Assembly: GCA_046291555.1 (NCBI GenBank)
Contig: JBKBRW010000011.1
Coordinates: forward strand, 575-64,574
Length of the DNA stretch: 64,000 nt
Source: Thiobacillus sp.
GTDB lineage: Bacteria; Pseudomonadota; Gammaproteobacteria; Burkholderiales; Thiobacillaceae
Direction: 5' to 3'
Shown here: positions 49,720-60,448 of the stretch, piece after piece
Layout: each line of letters starts with the position of its first letter
Position numbering within the stretch: the first letter of the stretch is position 1
The notes under the pieces: model-generated
Database searches by the model: none
Told to the model about the DNA's origin: nothing
What the model saw: the letters and a program-made list of their open reading frames with translations, nothing else
Position numbers and translations under genes: made by a program

Positions 49720-52101
49720 GTGAGACTGCCGCGTTTCAGAACTTTGCAGGGTCGCATCTTTGCGTTTTTCTTCGGCCTCCTGCTGCTGACTCAGGTCGCT
49801 GGCTACGCCCTCACGAGCACGGTAGGCTGGTCGATCATGCAGGACATCATGGCCGAGGATCTGCGCGGCGGACAGCAGGTATTCAAACGGCTGTCGGAGC
49901 AGAACACCCAGTTTCTGACCCAGGCAGCACGGGTGCTGACTACGGATTTTGGATTTCGCGAAGCCATTGCCAGCAAGGATGCCGACACCATCGCATCGGC
50001 CCTCGAAAACCATGGCAGCCGCATCCAGGCCGATTTGATGATGTTCGTCGATAACGACGGCACACCTTATCTCGGCAGTGGCAAGCCCTCCTCACTGGAA
50101 GACTCCCAAGGGATCGCGCGTCTTCTGGCCGTCATCTCGCCACAGGACGAAACCACCGGCTACGCCCGTTTGGGGAACGATCTGTACCAGGTGATCGTAG
50201 CACCGGTGAAAACCCCTTTGCCCATTGGCAACGTCATTGCCGGTTTTCGCATCAATATCGAAACCGCGCGCGAGTTCAGCCGCATCACGAATACCGACAT
50301 CAGCTTTCTGAGCCGCGTGCAAGACGGAAACTGGCTGACCCACGCCAGCACCCTGCCCGCTGCCATGCAGAAAAAAATCGCCGCTGATCCGGGCAGCGCG
50401 CCCGGCCTGGTCATGTCACCGCGCAGGGTGGATACACCCGGTGCAAGCTATCTCGCTCTCGATGTTCCCCTAGCCGCGCTCAATGTCGAGCACGCACGCG
50501 TCCTTCTGCAGTCGAATATCGATCAGGCGATGCTGCCGTTTTACGAACTGCGCAACAGTATGACGATACTGGGCCTGACCGGACTGCTGCTGTCGAGCCT
50601 GGCGAGCTTCATCATCTCGCGCGGCATCGCCGCACCGCTGCGCACGCTGTCGCAGCACGCCCGCCACATCGCCAGTGGCGACTACCGCTCGCCGCCTTCG
50701 CTGGATCGTGCTGACGAACTTGCGGATCTGGCCCACGCCTTCGGCGACATGAGCCAGGCCATTGCCGAGCGCGAGAACCGCATTCTCGAACTCGCCTATA
50801 CCGACACCCTCACAGGGCTGTCCAACCGTGCGCACTTCATCGAACGTCTGGCCACGGCACTCGCCACGACGGGGCGCGAGGGCGCACCGCTCGCGGTCGT
50901 GCTGCTCGATCTCGACCGTTTCCGCTACGTCAACGAGTCGCTGGGGCATCCCATGGGCGATCAGGTGCTGCGGGAAGCCGCCCGGCGCCTGGTCGCCACG
51001 CTGCGGCAGACCGACACGGTCGCTCGCCTGGGCGGCGATGAGTTTGCCATCCTGCTGCCTACCGCCACGCCCGCCGCTGCCCGCAAGGTCGTCAACAGCT
51101 TGCTGCTCGCGCTCGAAGCACCCATGGATATCGAAGGCCAGCTGGTCGACATCCATGGCAGTTTCGGCATTGCCACTTCGCCAGAACATAGCGCCGATCC
51201 GACCACGCTCATGCGCTGTGCCGACATCGCCATGTACAAGGCCAAGCAAGACAACCTGGGCTTTGCCGAATACGACACGCGCTACGACGAAAAAACGCTC
51301 GACCGGCTCTCGCTGATGAGTGAGCTGCGTCAGGCGGTGGAACAGAACCAGCTCGTGCTCTTCTATCAGCCCAAGGTCGACCTGAAGAACATTGGCAAGC
51401 CCGCCGTCGAGGCACTGGTGCGCTGGGTGCATCCGCTTCGCGGCTTCGTCCCGCCGGACCGTTTCATTCCTTTTGCCGAGCACACCGGCTATATCCAGGA
51501 AATCACCCGCTGGGTACTGCGCGAGGGGATACGGCAATGCAGCGCCTGGCAACGCGCCGGACTCGACGTGGCCATTTCGGTCAACCTGTCGGCGCGCGAT
51601 CTGATGAATACCGAATTGCCAGCCTACTTCGCCGCGCTGCTCAAAACACACGATTGCCGACCAGACCGGATCTGCCTGGAAATCACGGAAAGCGCCGTTC
51701 TGGATGATCCCCGTCATGCCCTGGAAAACCTCAAACGGCTGGAGGCTACCGGCTGCAAGCTCGCGCTCGACGATTACGGCACGGGCTATTCCTCGCTCGC
51801 CTATCTCAAGCAAATGCCCGTGAGCGAGCTGAAAATTGACCGTTCCTTCGTCCAGAACATGGTCAACGATCCCAACGATACGGTGATCGTGCGCTCCACC
51901 ATCGATCTGGCGCACAACCTCGGTTTGCGGGTGGTGGCGGAAGGCGTGGAAAACGAAGCCATCCTGAGCCAGCTGTGTCTATTGGGGTGCGACCAGGCGC
52001 AGGGCTACCATTTTTCCAAACCGGTGTCGGCGGCAGATTTTGAAGCCTGGGTGCAGTCCCCGGCCTGGCAGCATCAGGTGCGGGTCGCGCGCCACGCCTG
52101 A
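49720..52101 (+). CDS. Membrane GGDEF-EAL protein (TM-Cache-like-TM-HAMP-GGDEF-EAL), GTG start
   Basis: RQTD I-site; RLGGDEF; FYQP; VEALVRW; LEITES; DDYGTGYSS; KIDRSFV; AEGVE. Confidence 0.94.
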   Translation: MRLPRFRTLQGRIFAFFFGLLLLTQVAGYALTSTVGWSIMQDIMAEDLRGGQQVFKRLSEQNTQFLTQAARVLTTDFGFREAIASKDADTIASALENHGSRIQADLMMFVDNDGTPYLGSGKPSSLEDSQGIARLLAVISPQDETTGYARLGNDLYQVIVAPVKTPLPIGNVIAGFRINIETAREFSRITNTDISFLSRVQDGNWLTHASTLPAAMQKKIAADPGSAPGLVMSPRRVDTPGASYLALDVPLAALNVEHARVLLQSNIDQAMLPFYELRNSMTILGLTGLLLSSLASFIISRGIAAPLRTLSQHARHIASGDYRSPPSLDRADELADLAHAFGDMSQAIAERENRILELAYTDTLTGLSNRAHFIERLATALATTGREGAPLAVVLLDLDRFRYVNESLGHPMGDQVLREAARRLVATLRQTDTVARLGGDEFAILLPTATPAAARKVVNSLLLALEAPMDIEGQLVDIHGSFGIATSPEHSADPTTLMRCADIAMYKAKQDNLGFAEYDTRYDEKTLDRLSLMSELRQAVEQNQLVLFYQPKVDLKNIGKPAVEALVRWVHPLRGFVPPDRFIPFAEHTGYIQEITRWVLREGIRQCSAWQRAGLDVAISVNLSARDLMNTELPAYFAALLKTHDCRPDRICLEITESAVLDDPRHALENLKRLEATGCKLALDDYGTGYSSLAYLKQMPVSELKIDRSFVQNMVNDPNDTVIVRSTIDLAHNLGLRVVAEGVENEAILSQLCLLGCDQAQGYHFSKPVSAADFEAWVQSPAWQHQVRVARHA

Positions 52102-52872
52102 TCAGGCGCGGGCAGCAGCAAACAGGCGAAAAAAGTTCTCGGTCGTGGCGGCACCGATGATTTCGGGCGTGGTGCCCCGCACGCGCGCAATCTCTTCCGC
52201 CACATGCTTGACAAAGCCCGGTTCGTTGGTCTGGCCACGATGCGGCACCGGGGCAAGATACGGTGAGTCGGTCTCGATCAGGATCCGTTCCAGCGGGATG
52301 CTTGCCGCCACCTCACGCAGCGTTGCGGCATTCTTGAACGTGACGATGCCGGAAAACGAGATGTAGAACCCCATTTCGATGGCGGCTTCGGCCACCGCCA
52401 GGCTCTCGGTGAAGCAGTGCATCACCCCGCCCGTCCGCCCGGCGTCCTCTTCCCGCATGATCGCCAGCGTATCGTCCGCCGCGGCACGGGTGTGGATGAC
52501 CAGCGGTTTGCCGCTGGCCCGGGCCGCACGGATATGGGTGCGGAAGCGTTCGCGCTGCCATTCGAGATCGCCCGTCAGACGGAAATAGTCGAGACCGGTT
52601 TCACCGATGGCCACCACCCTGGGATGGTCGGCCAGCGCAACGAGTTCGTCCACGCTCGGTTCGGTGCAGTCTTCATGGTCGGGATGCACGCCTACCGACG
52701 CGAAGACATTCGGGTGCGCCTCGGCGAGTGCGCGCACCTCGGGAAATTTCTCCAGTTCCACGCTGATGCACAGCGCATGGCTCACCTCATTGGCGGCCAT
52801 GCGGCCGAGCACCTCGGGCAGTTTCTCCGCAAGCTCCGGGAAATTGATGTGGCAGTGAGAATCGACGTACAT
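52102..52872 (-). CDS. TatD-family hydrolase
   Basis: DSHCH; IGETGLDY; IHTR; ETDSPY. Confidence 0.95.
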   Translation of the reverse strand: MYVDSHCHINFPELAEKLPEVLGRMAANEVSHALCISVELEKFPEVRALAEAHPNVFASVGVHPDHEDCTEPSVDELVALADHPRVVAIGETGLDYFRLTGDLEWQRERFRTHIRAARASGKPLVIHTRAAADDTLAIMREEDAGRTGGVMHCFTESLAVAEAAIEMGFYISFSGIVTFKNAATLREVAASIPLERILIETDSPYLAPVPHRGQTNEPGFVKHVAEEIARVRGTTPEIIGAATTENFFRLFAAARA

Positions 52873-52996
52873 GCGCCGTATTGTAATGGCGTTTTGAAGT
52901 CACACAGCTTGAGAAGGCGCGCGGCCGCAGATGCTTCAGCAATGGCGCGTCGACGCCGGCAAGCAGCGTTGCTTCGAAACGCCCAGCCCCCACGGG

Positions 52997-53368
52997 CTAC
53001 ATGGTGTGCGTGGGACGCACGGATTTCAGCGACCCGCCGAGCAAGCCCTCGATCTTGTTCTGGGCGGCCTTGCCGCTTTCGTTGTTGACGAACTGCACGC
53101 CGACGCCTTGCGTCCGCCCGCCGTGCGCGCCGGCCGGCGTCTGCCAGATGACCTTGCCGGATACCGGCAGTTTCGCCGGGTCGTCCATCAGCGTCAGCAG
53201 CATGAACACTTCCTCGCCCATGCGATATTGCTTGTTGGTGGGAATGAACAGGCCGCCGCCGCGAATGAAGGGCATGTACGCCGCGAACAGCGCGGACTTC
53301 TCCTTGATCGACAGCGACAGCACGCCGGGGCGGACGTGGCCTGCGGGATCGTTGACTGCAGCGTTCAT
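52997..53368 (-). CDS. pilZ: Type IV pilus PilZ protein
   Basis: LSLSIKEKSALFAAYMPFIRGGGLFIPT; RPTHTM. Confidence 0.95.
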   Translation of the reverse strand: MNAAVNDPAGHVRPGVLSLSIKEKSALFAAYMPFIRGGGLFIPTNKQYRMGEEVFMLLTLMDDPAKLPVSGKVIWQTPAGAHGGRTQGVGVQFVNNESGKAAQNKIEGLLGGSLKSVRPTHTM

Positions 53369-54360
53369 GATCGTCTCTCTTCCTCGAATACATGCCGGTA
53401 GCGCACCAGCCAGGCCTGCAGCTGGAGCGCCCGGTTGAGCGGGTGCGTCAGCGTCCGGCCCTCGTCCGCCAGTTCGCGCGCCAGCGCCAGGAGCTTGGGC
53501 AAGCGCGCCGTCGCGCCGAGCCTGGCCAGTTCTGCGCCGAAGTCGGGGTTGAACTGCGCCGCGCCGCCAAGCCGGACGGCCAGCAGGTCGCCGAGCCACT
53601 TGCTGGCGAGCGCATGCCACGCCTGCGGGCTGACCGTTTTCCAGCGCTCGCCGAGCGTGACCGGGTCCAGGCGGTCCGCGCCGGCCAAGCCACGCAACAC
53701 GTCCTCCCGGACGTCCAGCGCGTCGCCTTCGATCCACTCGAGCGCAGCCAGCGGCGCGCCGCCCGCCAGGGCCAGCAGCACATCGACGCCGCCGACGCCC
53801 TGCTCCGTGAGCCAAGCGGCCGCGACGGCGGCGGGGGGCAGGCCGAGGTCGACCCGGGTACAGCGGCTGCGGATGGTCGGCAGCAGACGCCGCGGCTGGT
53901 CCGACACCAGCACGAACACCGTATTTAACGGCGGTTCCTCGAGCACCTTTAACAGGGCGTTGGCCGCCGCAAGGTTCAGCGTGTCGGCAGGATCGACCAG
54001 CACGACCCGGCGACCGGCGCGATAGGTCGACAACTGGACGAAATCGACCGCCGCGCGTGCCTGGTCGACCTCGATCGCCGTCGCCATGCGCGTCTCACCC
54101 TCCTTGGTGGTCTTTTCCTGCAGGGTGACGTGGAGGAAATCCGGGTGGCTTCCGTGCTCGAACCAGTGGCAGGCCGGGCAGGCGCGGCAGGCACCGTCAT
54201 CGGTCGGAGCCTCGCACAGCAGCGCCTGCGCCCAGGCGCGCGCCAGCTCGCCCTTGCCGACCCCGCGCGGTCCGGCCAGCAGCAGGGCCTGCGCGGGCCG
54301 GCTTCGACCGGCCAGCAAACGTCGCCACGCCGCATCGAGCCACGGATAGGGTGCGCTCAT
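53365..54360 (-). CDS. holB: DNA polymerase III delta' subunit
   Basis: GPRGVGK; C..C.ACH..HPD; [13 protein letters not shown]; LPTIRSRC. Confidence 0.95.
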   Translation of the reverse strand: MSAPYPWLDAAWRRLLAGRSRPAQALLLAGPRGVGKGELARAWAQALLCEAPTDDGACRACPACHWFEHGSHPDFLHVTLQEKTTKEGETRMATAIEVDQARAAVDFVQLSTYRAGRRVVLVDPADTLNLAAANALLKVLEEPPLNTVFVLVSDQPRRLLPTIRSRCTRVDLGLPPAAVAAAWLTEQGVGGVDVLLALAGGAPLAALEWIEGDALDVREDVLRGLAGADRLDPVTLGERWKTVSPQAWHALASKWLGDLLAVRLGGAAQFNPDFGAELARLGATARLPKLLALARELADEGRTLTHPLNRALQLQAWLVRYRHVFEEERRS

Positions 54361-54968
54361 CCCAGCCGCTCCAGGAGCGAGCGAATCTGCCCCTGCAGGG
54401 TTTCGATGGTCTGGCGGGCGTCGAGCACCTGAATCCGTTCCGGCTCGGCGCGGGCGCGCTCGAGGTAGGCGTTGCGCACGCGGGCAAAGAAACTGTCGGC
54501 TTCGCGCTCGAAACGGTCGGCGGCGCGCACCGCCGACCGCCGCGCCTCCGCGACCTCGGGCGGTACGTCGAACAGCAGCGTGAGATCGGGCGTGAAACCG
54601 CGCTGCACCCATGCTTCCAGGGCGGCGATGCGCTCGGCGGCGATGCCGCGCCCGCCGCTTTGGTAGGCGTAGCTGGCGTCGGTGAAGCGGTCAGACACCA
54701 CCCACGCCCCGCGCGCCAGCGCTGGCAGGATCAGTTCCGCCAGATGCTGCTGGCGCGCGGCGAACATCAGCAGGAGTTCCGTATCCGGCGCCATCGGCTG
54801 GTGCAGCAAGAGCTCGCGCAGCGTCTCACCGAGCGGCGTGCCGCCCGGTTCGCGGGTAACGACGACCTCCCTGCCCTGCACACGCAGCCAGTCGGCGACG
54901 AAGGCGAGGTGGGTGCTCTTGCCGGCGCCGTCGACGCCCTCGAGGGTGATGAATTTGCCGCGGCTCAT
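54357..54968 (-). CDS. tmk: Thymidylate kinase
   Basis: [10 protein letters not shown]; TREPGGT; [11 protein letters not shown]. Confidence 0.97.
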   Translation of the reverse strand: MSRGKFITLEGVDGAGKSTHLAFVADWLRVQGREVVVTREPGGTPLGETLRELLLHQPMAPDTELLLMFAARQQHLAELILPALARGAWVVSDRFTDASYAYQSGGRGIAAERIAALEAWVQRGFTPDLTLLFDVPPEVAEARRSAVRAADRFEREADSFFARVRNAYLERARAEPERIQVLDARQTIETLQGQIRSLLERLG

Positions 54969-55957
54969 CGTCCGCGCTGGTACTGGTTGACGGCGCGGTT
55001 GTGCGCGTCGAGCGTGCTGGAAAACACGTGGGTGCCGTCGTTGCGCGACACGAAGTACAGCGCACTGGTTTTCGCCGGATTGAGTGCCGCCCGAATCGCC
55101 GCCTCGCTCGGCATCGCGATCGGCGTCGGCGGCAGGCCGCCCCGCGTGTACGTGTTGTAAGGCGTGTCGGTCTGCAGGTCGACGCGGCGCAGGTTGCCGT
55201 CGAAACGCTCGCCGAGCCCGTAGATCACCGTGGGGTCGGTCTGCAGGCGCATACCCTTCCTCAAGCGGTTGACGAAGACGCCGGCGATTTCGGGGCGCTC
55301 ATGCGCCACGCCGGTTTCCTTCTCGATGATCGACGCCATGATGAGCGCCTCGTAGGGGGTCTTGTAGGGAAGATCCGGCGCCCGCGTCTCCCACGCCGCG
55401 GCGAGTTTCTCCTGCTGCAGCCGGTAGGCGCGGCGCAGTACCTGCAGATCCGACGCGTGCGGCGCGAAAAGATAGGTGTCGGGAAACAGCAGACCCTCGA
55501 TGTGCGATTCGGTGGCGCCGATCGCGTGCAACACCTCGGCCTCGGTCATGCCCGCGCTGTCCTGTTTCAGGTAGGGCTGCGCCGCGAGCGCGGCGCGCAC
55601 GTCTAGCCAGTTCCACCCTTCGATGAACTGCACCGCGGCGAGCGTGACATCGCCACGCTCGAACTTGTCGAGCAGCGCCAGGGGGGTGAGCGGCGTGTCG
55701 ATCGTGTAGGTGCCGGCGCGCAGGACGTGTCCCTTGCCGAGCACGCGGCCGAGCAGCCAGAAAGCCTGGCCGTTGCCGACCACGCCTTCGCGCTCCAGCA
55801 TCGCGGCAAGGCTCCGGAGATGCATTCCCGGCGTGACGCTGACGGTCTTCGGCAAGTTCTCGATCGCCAACGGGCGCTGCACGAGCCAGGCGACGGTGCC
55901 CGCGCCGACCAGGGCGGCGAACACGACCAGCAAGACGATGCGTTTAATCCAGTTCAT
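54965..55957 (-). CDS. mltG: Endolytic transglycosylase MltG
   Basis: EGLLFPDTY; ASIIEKETG; [10 protein letters not shown]; YNTY..GLPPTPI. Confidence 0.96.
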   Translation of the reverse strand: MNWIKRIVLLVVFAALVGAGTVAWLVQRPLAIENLPKTVSVTPGMHLRSLAAMLEREGVVGNGQAFWLLGRVLGKGHVLRAGTYTIDTPLTPLALLDKFERGDVTLAAVQFIEGWNWLDVRAALAAQPYLKQDSAGMTEAEVLHAIGATESHIEGLLFPDTYLFAPHASDLQVLRRAYRLQQEKLAAAWETRAPDLPYKTPYEALIMASIIEKETGVAHERPEIAGVFVNRLRKGMRLQTDPTVIYGLGERFDGNLRRVDLQTDTPYNTYTRGGLPPTPIAMPSEAAIRAALNPAKTSALYFVSRNDGTHVFSSTLDAHNRAVNQYQRGR

Positions 55958-56750
55958 ACAGGAGCCGATTCAGTCGGGGGGTCCAGCCGGCCGGCGCCCA
56001 GCTGCGCCCCTCCAGGGCGGCGACGCGTTGAACGCCGATCAGGCTGTTGCACAACATGACCTCGTCGGCACCGAGTATAGCGTCCCGGGTCAGGCGGCCG
56101 ACATGCACGGGAAAACCGGCCGCTGCCACCCCGCGCAAGAGCCGTTGCCGCGCCACGCCCGCGACGCCGCAGGCGTCGAGCGCCGGGGTGAAGAGTTCGC
56201 CGTCTCTCGCGATGAATACGTTGGTCATGACGCCGCCGATCACGCCATCGGCGTCGTCGCACAGCAGGCCCTCGAAAATCTCCGGGTCGTTCCACTCTGC
56301 TCGCGCCAGTACCTGTTCAAGCCGGTTGAGGTGCTTGATTCCGGCGAGCCGCGGTTGCCGCGCCAGCCGCAGCGTGCACCAGCGGACGCGCACGTCGGTC
56401 GGCGCGTCGGGCGCGGCATGCGGCGGCAGCGGTGCCGCCATCACGATGCGGGTGGCGAGCAGACCCGGCATCGGCGCGTAGCCACGCGCGCCTTCGCCGC
56501 GGGTCAGGATGAGCTTGACGACGCCATCGTTGCCGCCCGCCACGCGTTCAACCTCACCGCGCACCAGCGCCTCGTCGGGGCAGGCGATCGCCAGCGCAGC
56601 CGCGTCGGCGGCCCACTTCGCGTACTGATCCGCCCACCACTGAGGCTTGCCGCTGCGGATGCGCAGGGTGCGGAACACCCCGTCGCCGTAGGCGAGGCCC
56701 CGGTCGCGCGCACTCAGGTGGTCGCTGGGCTGGCCGTCGACGAGGATCAT
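55944..56750 (-). CDS. pabC: Aminodeoxychorismate lyase
   Basis: DRGLAYGDGVFRT; IKHLNRLEQV; GVAGV. Confidence 0.93.
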   Translation of the reverse strand: MILVDGQPSDHLSARDRGLAYGDGVFRTLRIRSGKPQWWADQYAKWAADAAALAIACPDEALVRGEVERVAGGNDGVVKLILTRGEGARGYAPMPGLLATRIVMAAPLPPHAAPDAPTDVRVRWCTLRLARQPRLAGIKHLNRLEQVLARAEWNDPEIFEGLLCDDADGVIGGVMTNVFIARDGELFTPALDACGVAGVARQRLLRGVAAAGFPVHVGRLTRDAILGADEVMLCNSLIGVQRVAALEGRSWAPAGWTPRLNRLLYELD

Positions 56751-58084
56751 GGCTCCAGCGCGCGCAGCAGCCCGCGCGCCTTGGCGCGGGTTTCCTCGAG
56801 TTCGCGGGTGGCGATGGAATCGGCGACGATGCCGGCGCCGGCGCGGAACTCCAGCGTCTTGCCGCGCACAAGGAAGCTGCGGATGAGGATGTTGAAGTCG
56901 AAGCTGCCGTCGCGGTTGATGTAGCCGACGCTTCCCGTATAGCTGCGGCGCGGCGTCTGCTCGAGTTCACGAATGATCTGCATCGTCCGGATCTTGGGGC
57001 AGCCGGTGATCGTGCCGCCGGGAAAGACCGCGCGCAGCACGTCGATCACCCGCGTGCCGTCCTGCAGGCGGCCGCGCACCGTCGATTCGATGTGGTGCAC
57101 GTGGCGATAGCTGGCGATTTCCATCAAGGCCGCAACGTCCACGCTGCCCGGTTCGCACACACGGCCGAGGTCGTTGCGCTCAAGGTCGACCAGCATCACG
57201 TGCTCGGCACGCTCCTTGGGATGCGCGGCAAGGCGCGCGCGCAACGCGGCGTCCTCGGCGGGATCCTCGCTGCGCGGATGGGTGCCGGCGATCGGGCGCG
57301 TCTCGAGCGTGCCGTCGCGGTACAGGCGCACCAGCCGCTCCGGCGACGAACTGACGATCGCCCACGCGCCCGAATCGACCAGCGCCGAGAAAGGCGCCGG
57401 ATTCTTCTGCATCAGCTGGTTGAAAAGCGCGGCCGGTGGCACGGCAGCGCCAAACTCAGCCTGCCAGCCGCGGGAGAGATTGACCTGGAACACATCGCCC
57501 GCGCGAATGTATTCCAGGATCCTTTCGACCCCGTTGAGAAATCGCTCGGCGGGCTCCTCGTCGAGCGCCCGCAGCGCGGGCATGGCAGGCACGTCAGGCG
57601 GCAGGGAGGCGAGGTCGCGCTCCATCGCGTCCAGCAAGGCGCCCTGCCCGGCTTCCGCGACCAGCAGGCAGCGCCCCGTGCTGCGCTGGTAGAGCATCGC
57701 GGCGGGAACGCGCACGAGCCAGGCCAGCGGAAACGTGTCAGGATCGCGCGCTCGCCCCGCGCTCGGTTCGAAGGCGCTGCCGAGCGCGTAGGAGAGGACA
57801 CACAGCCAGCCGCCGCCGAACGGGAGGCCCGAATCGGGCGTCGGTCTGGGCTGCAACTGCATGGCGGGATGGGCCTCGAGGGCGGCGAGCGCCGCCTCGG
57901 ACGCGACCGCGACGCAATCCTCGGGAAACGCGAACAGGATATCCCAGCCAGTGTCGCCGCTGCCCCGGAAGATACCGGGATAACGCCCGGGGTGCGCTGC
58001 CTGCAGCCGCTCGAACTCCGGCCGCCGCACGAGCGGCAGGACACGGATTTCGGGGGCGTTCAGGCCGGACGCAAGGGGGGTCAA
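56747..58084 (-). CDS. pabB: Aminodeoxychorismate synthase component I (start uncertain)
   Basis: VFQVNLS; SSSPE; PIAGT; [18 protein letters not shown]; [11 protein letters not shown]. Confidence 0.88.
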   Translation of the reverse strand: MTPLASGLNAPEIRVLPLVRRPEFERLQAAHPGRYPGIFRGSGDTGWDILFAFPEDCVAVASEAALAALEAHPAMQLQPRPTPDSGLPFGGGWLCVLSYALGSAFEPSAGRARDPDTFPLAWLVRVPAAMLYQRSTGRCLLVAEAGQGALLDAMERDLASLPPDVPAMPALRALDEEPAERFLNGVERILEYIRAGDVFQVNLSRGWQAEFGAAVPPAALFNQLMQKNPAPFSALVDSGAWAIVSSSPERLVRLYRDGTLETRPIAGTHPRSEDPAEDAALRARLAAHPKERAEHVMLVDLERNDLGRVCEPGSVDVAALMEIASYRHVHHIESTVRGRLQDGTRVIDVLRAVFPGGTITGCPKIRTMQIIRELEQTPRRSYTGSVGYINRDGSFDFNILIRSFLVRGKTLEFRAGAGIVADSIATRELEETRAKARGLLRALEP

Positions 58085-59313
58085 ACGCGCTTGAAGACCA
58101 GCGAGCCGTTGGTGCCGCCGAACCCGAAGTTGTTTTTCAGCGCGGCGCCGATCTTCAACTCACGCGCCGTGTTGGCGCAGTAGTCGAGATCGCACTCCGG
58201 ATCCTGATTGAAGAGGTTGATCGTCGGCGGAGACACCTGGTGATGCACGGCCAGCACGGTGAACACGCACTCGACTCCGCCGGCCCCGCCGAGCAGATGA
58301 CCCGTCATCGACTTGGTCGAGTTGACCACCGTCTTGTACGCCGCATCGCCGAGCGCGAGCTTGATCGCGTCCGTTTCGTTCTTGTCGCCCAGCGGCGTGG
58401 AGGTGCCGTGTGCGTTCACGTATTGAATCTCGTCGGGATTCACGCCGGCGTCGCGCAGGGCGTTCACCATCGAGCGCCGGGGACCGTCGGTGGAAGGCGC
58501 AGTCATGTGGTAGGCGTCGCCGCTCATGCCGAACCCCGCCACCTCGGCGTAGATCTTGGCGCCGCGCGCCTTGGCGTGCTCGTATTCCTCGAGCACCAAT
58601 ACGCCGGCGCCCTCGCCCAGCACGAAGCCGTCGCGGTCCTTGTCCCACGGACGGCTCGCGGTCGCGGGGTCGTCGTTGCGGGTCGACAGCGCGCGGGCGG
58701 CGGCGAAGCCACCGACGCCCAAGGGCGACACCGCGGACTCGGCTCCGCCTGCAATCATCACGTCGGCGTCCCCGTGCTCGATCATGCGCGCCGACCAGCC
58801 GACCGCATGAAGGCCGGTGGTGCACGCGGTCACGACCGCGAGGTTTGGCCCCTTGATCCCGTAGAGGATCGACAGGTTGCCGGAGATCATGTTGATGATC
58901 GAACCCGGAATGAAGAACGGCGAAATCTTCCGCGGCCCAGACTCGAGCATCAATGCGTGGGTCTCCTCGATCAGCGGCAGGCCGCCGATCCCGGACCCGA
59001 TGTTGATGCCGATACGCTCGGCGTTCGCCTCGGTGACCTCGATGCCCGAATCGCGGATCGCCTGGATGCCGGCCGCCATGCCGAACTGGATGAAAGTATC
59101 CATGCGGCGGGCTTCCTTCGGGTTGAGATACTGCTCAACGTCGAAATTCCTGACTTCGCCCGCCATGTGGGAGGCGAACGCCGACGGATCGAAGCGGGTG
59201 ATGCGGGCGATGCCGGTGCGGCCAGCGACCAGGTTGTCCCATGCTTCGGGGATGGTATTGCCGACCGGGGAGACGATCCCCAGGCCGGTCACGACGACGC
59301 GACGCTTGGACAA
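58081..59313 (-). CDS. fabF: 3-oxoacyl-ACP synthase II
   Basis: TACTTG; AHGTST; KSMTGHLLG; FGFGGTN. Confidence 0.97.
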   Translation of the reverse strand: MSKRRVVVTGLGIVSPVGNTIPEAWDNLVAGRTGIARITRFDPSAFASHMAGEVRNFDVEQYLNPKEARRMDTFIQFGMAAGIQAIRDSGIEVTEANAERIGINIGSGIGGLPLIEETHALMLESGPRKISPFFIPGSIINMISGNLSILYGIKGPNLAVVTACTTGLHAVGWSARMIEHGDADVMIAGGAESAVSPLGVGGFAAARALSTRNDDPATASRPWDKDRDGFVLGEGAGVLVLEEYEHAKARGAKIYAEVAGFGMSGDAYHMTAPSTDGPRRSMVNALRDAGVNPDEIQYVNAHGTSTPLGDKNETDAIKLALGDAAYKTVVNSTKSMTGHLLGGAGGVECVFTVLAVHHQVSPPTINLFNQDPECDLDYCANTARELKIGAALKNNFGFGGTNGSLVFKRV

Positions 59314-59344
59314 CTTCAGTCCTTATTTCAAGTCGGGGGAAGAA

Positions 59345-59578
59345 TCAGCTGGCGTGGCTGTTGACGTAGTCGATGGCCTGCTGAACCGTGGTGATCTTTT
59401 CGGCTTCCTCGTCCGGGATCTCGCAGCCGAACTCTTCTTCAAGCGCCATGACCAGTTCGACGGTGTCGAGCGAATCAGCGCCCAGGTCGCCGACGAAAGA
59501 GGACTCGTTCTTGATGTCCGCTTCGTTCACGCCCAACTGCTCGGCGACGACTTTGATTACACGCTGCTGGTTATCCAT
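59345..59578 (-). CDS. acpP: Acyl carrier protein
   Basis: [20 protein letters not shown]. Confidence 0.98.
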   Translation of the reverse strand: MDNQQRVIKVVAEQLGVNEADIKNESSFVGDLGADSLDTVELVMALEEEFGCEIPDEEAEKITTVQQAIDYVNSHAS

Positions 59579-59666
59579 TCCTGCTCCTCTCTAGAAATAA
59601 GGGCTTCAAGTTGCTTGAAGCCCGAAAAAATCAAACTTCGCGATTTTACCAAACTTTGTTGGCGGG

Positions 59667-60437
59667 TCACGCCATGTACATGCCGCCGTTCACGTGGAGG
59701 GTGGTGCCGGAAACATAGCCGGCCCCGGGCGACGCAAGAAATAGCACCGCCTGCGCGATATCCTCCGGCGAGCCGAGCCGGCCAAGCGGAATGTGAGCGA
59801 GCAGCGCCTGCCGTTGTGCCTCAGGCAACGCGCGCGTCATGTCGGTGTCGATGAAACCGGGCGCAACGCAGTTGACCGTGATGTTGCGGCTGCCGACCTC
59901 GCGCGCGAGCGACTTGGTGAAGCCCATGATGCCAGCTTTCGCGGCGCTGTAGTTGGTCTGTCCGGCGTTGCCCATGGCCCCCACCACCGAGGCAATCGAG
60001 ATGATGCGCCCTTGCCGCGCCTTCATCATCGCGCGCAGCACCGCGCGCGACAGGCGAAACACCGAGGTGAGGTTGGTGGCGAGAATGTCGTCCCACTCCT
60101 CGTCCTTCATGCGCATGAGCAGGTTGTCGCGCGTGATGCCGGCGTTGTTGACGAGGATGCCGACTGCGCCGAAGTCCTTCTCGATCGCCGCAATCACGGC
60201 GTCGACTTCGCCCGCGTTGCAGACGTCGAGCGTCATGCCCGCTCCTTTGATGCTGGCCGCGGCGAGATAGTCACTGATCGCCTGCGCGCCCTTCTCGCTG
60301 GTGGCCGTGCCGATCACCGTCGCGCCGGCCTGCCCGAGCGCCAGCGCAATGGCCTGACCGATGCCGCGGCTGGCGCCGGTAACGAGTGCCACCTGACCTT
60401 CAAGATTCGCGCCAGGCGCGAGGCGTCCTTGCAGCAT
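59667..60437 (-). CDS. fabG: 3-oxoacyl-ACP reductase
   Basis: TGASRGIG; NNAGITRD; NYSAAK; NGG. Confidence 0.96.
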   Translation of the reverse strand: MLQGRLAPGANLEGQVALVTGASRGIGQAIALALGQAGATVIGTATSEKGAQAISDYLAAASIKGAGMTLDVCNAGEVDAVIAAIEKDFGAVGILVNNAGITRDNLLMRMKDEEWDDILATNLTSVFRLSRAVLRAMMKARQGRIISIASVVGAMGNAGQTNYSAAKAGIMGFTKSLAREVGSRNITVNCVAPGFIDTDMTRALPEAQRQALLAHIPLGRLGSPEDIAQAVLFLASPGAGYVSGTTLHVNGGMYMA

Positions 60438-60448
60438 GCTGTCTCCTC

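Noticed and set aside
52101-53368. Functional link between pilZ and the adjacent GGDEF-EAL module
   Set aside because: holB-pilZ-tatD is a conserved core arrangement and this PilZ class lacks the RxxxR c-di-GMP motif; adjacency is probably incidental
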